This document shows positions 57,696 to 64,000 of a stretch of 64,000 nt of DNA, piece after piece. The DNA comes from Malacoraja senta (taxonomy: Eukaryota). A program made the translations under genes and the position numbers. Where the stretch lies: positions 2,482,001 through 2,546,000 of the forward strand of contig CM075998.1 of the NCBI GenBank assembly GCA_038087875.1, written 5' to 3'. Below the pieces are notes generated by a model. That model was not told the origin of the DNA, did not search any database, and saw only the letters and a program-made list of their open reading frames with translations. Position 1 is the first letter of the stretch; each line of letters opens with the position of its first letter.

Positions 57696-60678
57696 GTAAG
57701 TCGCTAATTCCGTTTGGCGATTCTGGAAGTCAGTTCACCTGCTGCCGACACGGAGCTGTTGGCAGAGTTTATGTGCCCACGTACTCGCTCAGTAAATGGG
57801 TTGGGGCTCGCTGCAATTGACAACTGTTTCGTTATAGCTGAAAAGCTCTTTGTGGGCCACGGTTTGGGGGTCGCTGTGCAGCGAGGGAGAGTGGGAACTT
57901 GAGAACTGTTCCAACCTCCTTCGGCACAAGGGTGCCGAATCTGATTGTGCCCTACCAGAAAATAATCAAAAAAGTGTTACATTTTGGGAATGCATCACCT
58001 CTGACGGCACTGCAGTTCGACCCTGAGACCTTTTTTTGCCGTGGTACCAGAAGAGGTGATGTATTCCCAAAGTGTGTGACGAATGGAGCTCAGCACTCTT
58101 CTGATTATGTTCTGGAATCGCGGTTGTATTGAAAATAAACTAAGTTGTGTTAGTCTGCAGAAGCAAGAATCCCTCACGTACGCCTTCAAAAACATCAGAT
58201 CCTTGTAAAATATGTTGTAAAACATACACAGAAATGTCTTCTTGTGGAAATTGTTGGCATAATACTGAACATTGGGTTCGAACATTGGGCAAGGTAAATA
58301 ACATTGATGTGAAGCGGAATCTCGATAAACACGAGGGAGTTTTTATATTGGCCGCTGCGTTGAAGTGCGAGGACGTTTGCTTGGAACATAAACACTAGCA
58401 GGGGCTTGTGCTCTTAGCTATTCTAACGTGAATGCGAGAGAAAATTCCAATCTGTGATGCAGCACCTTTAACATGAAGTGGTATCAAACAAAATGGTACA
58501 ATGCTTCACATTAGGAGATAACAGGCCAGATAACTAAAAGATTTGAAATATATGTTAAACAGTAACATAGGAGGAAGTGGTGTGAAAAAAGTTTGGGGAG
58601 GATTCAAGAGCTCTGGGCCCAAGCAGTTGAAAACACAGACCTTGTCGGACTGACGATTGTAAACTGCAAGAAAACATGAGAATTTTAACACAAACTTTGC
58701 TTTCCAGGGAGCCAGTAGAGTGCAGTGAGCAAGATTTAGGTGATGGGACTTGTTGTGCTTTTGGATATGGGAAGTACAGTTCTGCATGATCTCTTGATTT
58801 AAATGGTGTAGAACAACGAGTGTGCTATAGTGGCGAAATGCAGAGGGAAATTAAAAAAAAAAGTTAAATGAATACACTATCTTGAAGAGAGTACTTTCAG
58901 TTTGCAGCATGTATGCTAAGAAATAAGGTGGCAGTGTTGCTTCAGAAATAAATAAAAACAAATGCTGCTGGAACTGCTCAGCAGGTTGGGCAGCATCTGT
59001 GGAAATTTGAAACAGTCAATGTTTCAAGTCTGAGACCCTTTGTCAGACGACCATTTCAGATTTCCAGTATCTGCGGGGTTTTTTCAAATTACATTTGCTT
59101 TGGAATTTGATGGAATAGTGTTGGTGATCTGATTTTTGGAGAAGATTGCCATCCTTGTTGGTACTGGATATGGTGCAGCTCAAAATCCAATGAAGAAAAA
59201 CTATGTTCCCAGTACCCAGTCACACCAGGTTTAGAGCTGTAGAACTTGAGCCTGGGTTGCACATCACAAATTAGTGCATCAGTGGTTGAATGCATGTCAA
59301 GGGTCAGAGATCCTCAACCTGATATTTTGGTAATTGCTTGTTCTGCCTGTTCTCCCTGTTTACCACAAAGTCTATTCTAAAAAGAAGGAGCTGCAATGCT
59401 CCCACATAGTATGTACCAAGATCCATTGAATACTGTGGTGCAATGCCTAGCGACACTGGTTTCTGGGTGGTGTACTTTTGTTATGTTTGTAGAACTTGAG
59501 CCAAAATATTTGTCTGCTCCACTGCAAGGGAAAAATGCTGGACTCGGCAGGCCAGGCAACATTTTGTCAAGTCTGATGATAGTGTTCAACTTCTCCACAG
59601 ATTTCAGTTGAGCTTTGTCTTCCCAACGTTTTCTGTTTCTTTTCATGATTTTCAACATCTACAGGTTGGTTTGATTTTCAATTGCTTGCCTCTTTCTGTG
59701 GATGTCTTTTTTTTTAAAGCAAATCTCTATTTTAGAATGTTGTAATATTTTTTAAAATATATATTTTCAGGATGACAGATTGGTTGACAGATTTAAAAAA
59801 TGGGAGTCCTTTATCACTTTTTGAGCATTAAGTTGTGGTCAACCACTCCTGTGTTTTAATGTGTACAGTAAATACAAAACCTCGTCAATACATCTGAGTG
59901 CAAGTAGCCATTTGACCCCTCACTTGGCTTATGGGAAGGTCAAAATAATAACTTTTTTGTGATGGGTTTGTTGCTCTTTTAATTAAAAATCAAAATTTAG
60001 GAGAATCCAAACGTGTCTCTGGATCAGCGTTAAGTCCTCTGAATGTTAACCTGGGGACTTAACCACCACCAACTGGTCAAGTTTGGTGTCTTGTTACAAA
60101 CTTTTTGACATCTATCAAGGGTGTACAATTTAACATTTTGATCAGGTGCCTTATCCAAAAGTTATTGTGGAAATTAAAGCTCATGGTATAGGATCTAATT
60201 AATGTGGATAAGTAGGCATATAACGGTAACTTTCTGGTCGGAAAATATCCTTCTTCAGGGCGAGTGCTTAGGCTCAAAGTTTTTGCATAGTTATAGAGCT
60301 ATATATCGCACGGAAGTGGGCCAACCAGGTTGCCATTTTACAATCTACAATCTTGACGAATTGCATGGATAAAGGGTATATTCGCTAAATTTTCTGATGA
60401 GACAAGGGTAGGCAAGTAAGTTGTGAAGAGAACATAAGGTTATACAAGGATGTGGACCAGTTAAGGGAGTAACCTGAGATAGCAGAGCCCAGAGATTGAT
60501 GGATCTGTGTCCCCTGAGGGATATATTAAAAGGCTAGTGTGCAGGTACAGGAAGGGATTAGGAAAGCTAACAATGTTAGCATTTATTGTTTGGGGGGGGG
60601 GGGGGTGGGATTGACTACGAAGGTAGAGATGTAGATACCAGAGACTACAGTTGCTGGTTGACAATCAAAAACAAAGTG

Positions 60679-63118
60679 CCAGATACTCATCTAACAATAT
60701 GAGACGTCTACTCAACATAATGCACTCACACAAATCTGAAGATCAAGAATTATCAATTATTTCGCTGGATGCTGAAAAAGCATTTGATCAAGTAGAATGG
60801 AATTATATGGATAAAGTATTACAAAAATTCCAACTGGGAGAGAATTTTATTCTATGGATCAAGTTACTATATAATAAACCTACAGCTAGAATACTAACTA
60901 ATAACATATTATCCTCAAAATTCGAACTATCAAGGGGAAATAGACTAGGATGCTCATTATCACCACAGCTGTTTGCTCTCATTATTGAACAGCTAGCAGA
61001 AAAAATTAGAATACACCCTGATATCCATGGATATAATACTAAAGACTCATATAATAAAATATCTTTATACGCGGATGATATATTACTGTACATTACAAAA
61101 CCTCAAATCGCTATACCAAATATATTAAATTTAATTGAAGACTTTGGATCTTTTTCTGGATATAGAATAAATTGGAATAAAAGTGAAATTATGTCAATAA
61201 AACCGAAAGATTCAACACATCTTTTAAAATTCCCTTTTAAAATAGCTACAGAAAAATTTAAATACTTGGGAATCGAAATTACCAGAACATATCAAGGTAT
61301 GTTTAAGGCAAATTTTGATCCCCTACTTAATAAATTAAACACACTAATTAAATTCTGGAAAACGCTCCCGATGTCTTTAATAGGCCGAATAAATGCAATA
61401 AAAATGATCTTTCTACCACAAATTTTATACCTATTTCAATCGATTCCTATATACTTACCAAAGAAGTTTTTAAAAAAACTCGACTCAGATATCACTAATT
61501 TTATATGGGACTATAAATCACATAGAATACAAAAAACTCATCTGAATAAACCTAAAGTATTAGGGGGTTTAGCACTACCTAATTTTATGTATTATTATTG
61601 GTCAGTAAATATTAAAAATATGATTCAACTGATGGACAACTCCGCCCAGCAAGTGGACTGGATTATAATGGAGAAAGAGGATTGCTCCTCTGGAAACATT
61701 GGAGCGATCCTCCTCTCTCCAATGAAATTGAATAATATAAATTATAATAAGAACCCAATTATTCATAGTACAATCCAAATTTAGAAACAAATAAAACAAA
61801 ATTTAAAATTAAGAAATTTATCACTTTTATTACCTATAGTTAATAACCCTTCGTTTAATCCCTCTATTATAGATAAAGCTTTTACACATTGGGATAGACT
61901 AGGAATTAAAACGCTCGGTGACTTGTATGAAACTGGAAAATTACTTTCATTTCAACAATTACAAATAAAATATAAACTCGGAAATAATCAATATTTTAAA
62001 TATTTTCAAATATGCGACTATTTGAAAAAATATACAAAAGATCATTATAATAACCCAGTAGATGTATTGGATGAGGCAATGCAGATAAAAGCTGAATCAG
62101 CAAACTTAATATCATATTTGTATAATATCTTAAATGTACAAATACCATCTACGGAGGGTATCAGAAGAGACTGGGAACAAGTTAGCTATTAAAATTTCAA
62201 AGGAAAGTTGGAATGAACACTTATTAAACGTGCATAAATGTTCAATTAATGTAAGACACACTTTAATACAATTTAAAATTTTACATAGATTATATTATTC
62301 GAAAACTAAAATTCATAAAATTTTCCCAAATGTATCATCTATTTGTGATAAATGTCAATCCCAAGAAGCTACTATAGCGCACTCATTCGTTTTCTGTACA
62401 AAAATTCAAAAATTTTGGAATGAAATTTTTGAAATCTTTACAAAGTTATTTAAAATAAGACTGATACCCAAAGCAGAATGGATTATCTTCGGAATAACAG
62501 AAGATGGTCCAGAACTAAATGTGTTTCAAAAGAAACTAATAGACTATGGGTTAATAACTGGAAAAAAGATAATTCTAAAATTTTGGAAGAAGGCTCCAAT
62601 ACCAACTATAAACATGTGGATTTCAAATATGTTCGAAACATTACACCTAGAAGAGATAAGACTCCTCCTAGCAGGTAAACCAGATCACTTCCACCTGACG
62701 TGGTCTGCATTTATAGAATTATTACAAATATAGGGTGCAAAGGTACCTTTAAAAAAAAATTGAGGTCAGGTAAGGGGGGATGATAGTTGAAGAGTTGGTA
62801 TGTCCCATTTGCGTAATGCTCATAAAAATATTTGTTTCTCTCTTTTTCCTCTTTCTCTTTCTCTTTCTTTTCTAGGGTCTATTTCTTAACTCTTTTTTTT
62901 TTGTTTTTAATTTTGTTCTTGTAGGGTCTTCGTCCTTTTTTGTTGTCACTTTTTCTACACTCTCACTTTTTCCTTCACTTTCTTCTTTCTTTCAATCTTT
63001 TCCTTTTCTAGTGTAAAAAATAAATGGAGTACATTAATTATAAGAAGACATAAGTGACGAGTACTAATGTATGTGGTTGTAATGTAATGTACTTCTAATA
63101 AATACAAAATTAAAAAAA
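60679..63118 (+). mobile_element. 5'-truncated LINE-1-clade element (ORF2 RT and C-terminal Cys motif, T-rich 3' UTR, poly-A)
   Basis: SLDAEKAFD, GCSLSPQLF, YADD and CDKC...AHSFVFC motifs. AATAAA at 63097, then an A tail. TSD AAAAACAAAGTG at 60667-60678 and 63119-63130. Stop at 61782 and a frameshift near 62130-62190. Confidence 0.93.
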
Positions 63119-63729
63119 AAAAACAAAGTGATGAACTAACTCAGTGGGTCCAGCAGCATCTCTGAAGGACATGAATCCAAAGATGCTGCCTGACCCTATG
63201 GAAGTAGAGATATTAGGCTCTTGAACACTACGCAACATTAACCTGAGCAACTATGATCTTCTATGGACTGTGTCTTTGGTTGAACTACAGACTTTGGTTT
63301 TGCACAATTATGATTGCCTAGTACTAGTTATTAATTTATTGAATTATTGATTATTATATTATCTGTGTCATTTGTGTTAAGTTGCAGCTAGTAGGAATTT
63401 CATTGTTCTGCTGCCGATACATCTGACAATTAAACACTCTTGACTCTTTTGACTTAACTTCAGTTATATCGGGGCATGGTGAGACCACATCTGGTGTACT
63501 ATGTTCAGTATTGGTCTCCTGATTGGGGGATGTAAACGTATTTGAACTGCTTCTAGACTCGTACCTGGATTGGGTGGGTTGCCTTGTGAGGAAATGTTGA
63601 ACTGGCTAGGTTTGTATCTGCAAAAAATCAGAAGGGTTGGAGGGGACTTGAGTGAAATGTATAAGTCCTGAACAGTGTTGACCAGGTGGAGCGGATATCT
63701 TCTTGTGGGAGATTCTGGATAAAGATTCT

Positions 63730-63964
63730 GGTGGCACAGTGGGGGAGCTGGTAGAACAGCTGCCTCAGTGCCAGCAACCCAGGTTTGATTCTGACCTTGG
63801 ATGCTGTCTGTGTGGAATTTGCACATTCTCCTTGAAATTAACCCTAGTATGTAGGGAGTGGATGTGAAGTGGAATAACGTGGGACTGGTGTGAACAGATG
63901 ATCGATGGTCAGCGTGGGCTCTGGCTGAAGGGCTAGTTTCCACGCTGTATCTCTAAACTAAACA
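63730..63964 (+). mobile_element. V-SINE (HE1-like), diverged
   Basis: ggtggcacagtgg...gtatctctaaactaaac. Confidence 0.7.
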
Positions 63965-64000
63965 AAGGTTGATCTCATTGAATGGATAAACAAACTGAAG

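Noticed and set aside
57700..64000. Exon 2 of the FAPP-family gene (expected WQPRWF...)
   Set aside because: I found no matching phase-1 exon in the rest of the window; it presumably lies downstream.

Overview
Vertebrate genomic DNA, most likely from a skate or ray. This is inferred from the HE1/V-SINE-, Deu-SINE-, CR1- and Penelope-type repeats; the species cannot be read from the sequence. Most of the window is the + strand of tensin-2 (tns2/TENC1), entered mid-gene. I traced 22 coding exons from 877 to the stop at 47105, covering the PTP-like domain, C2 domain, Pro/Ser-rich middle, SH2 and PTB. A long 3' UTR probably ends near AATAAA at 53500. After it comes a CpG-rich multi-CCAAT promoter and coding exon 1 (MEGVLHKWTNYLSG) of a PLEKHA8/PLEKHA3 (FAPP)-family gene, whose intron 1 holds a 5'-truncated L1 with a TSD. 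Most notable: (1) about 25 Penelope-derived short elements carry a minimal hammerhead-ribozyme-like core, many as TSD-flanked inverted repeats, and one intact sense copy lies about 110 nt into the tns2 3' UTR; (2) an intronic copy shares 29 nt of non-element flank with that UTR copy; (3) this TNS2 keeps a PTEN-like HCxxxxxRT P-loop and a WPD loop; (4) several small deletions, including a missing GT donor, break the large tns2 exons and are probably assembly errors; (5) the FAPP-family gene next to tns2 may be an extra ohnolog. Most ORFs in the supplied track are repeat-derived or spurious.
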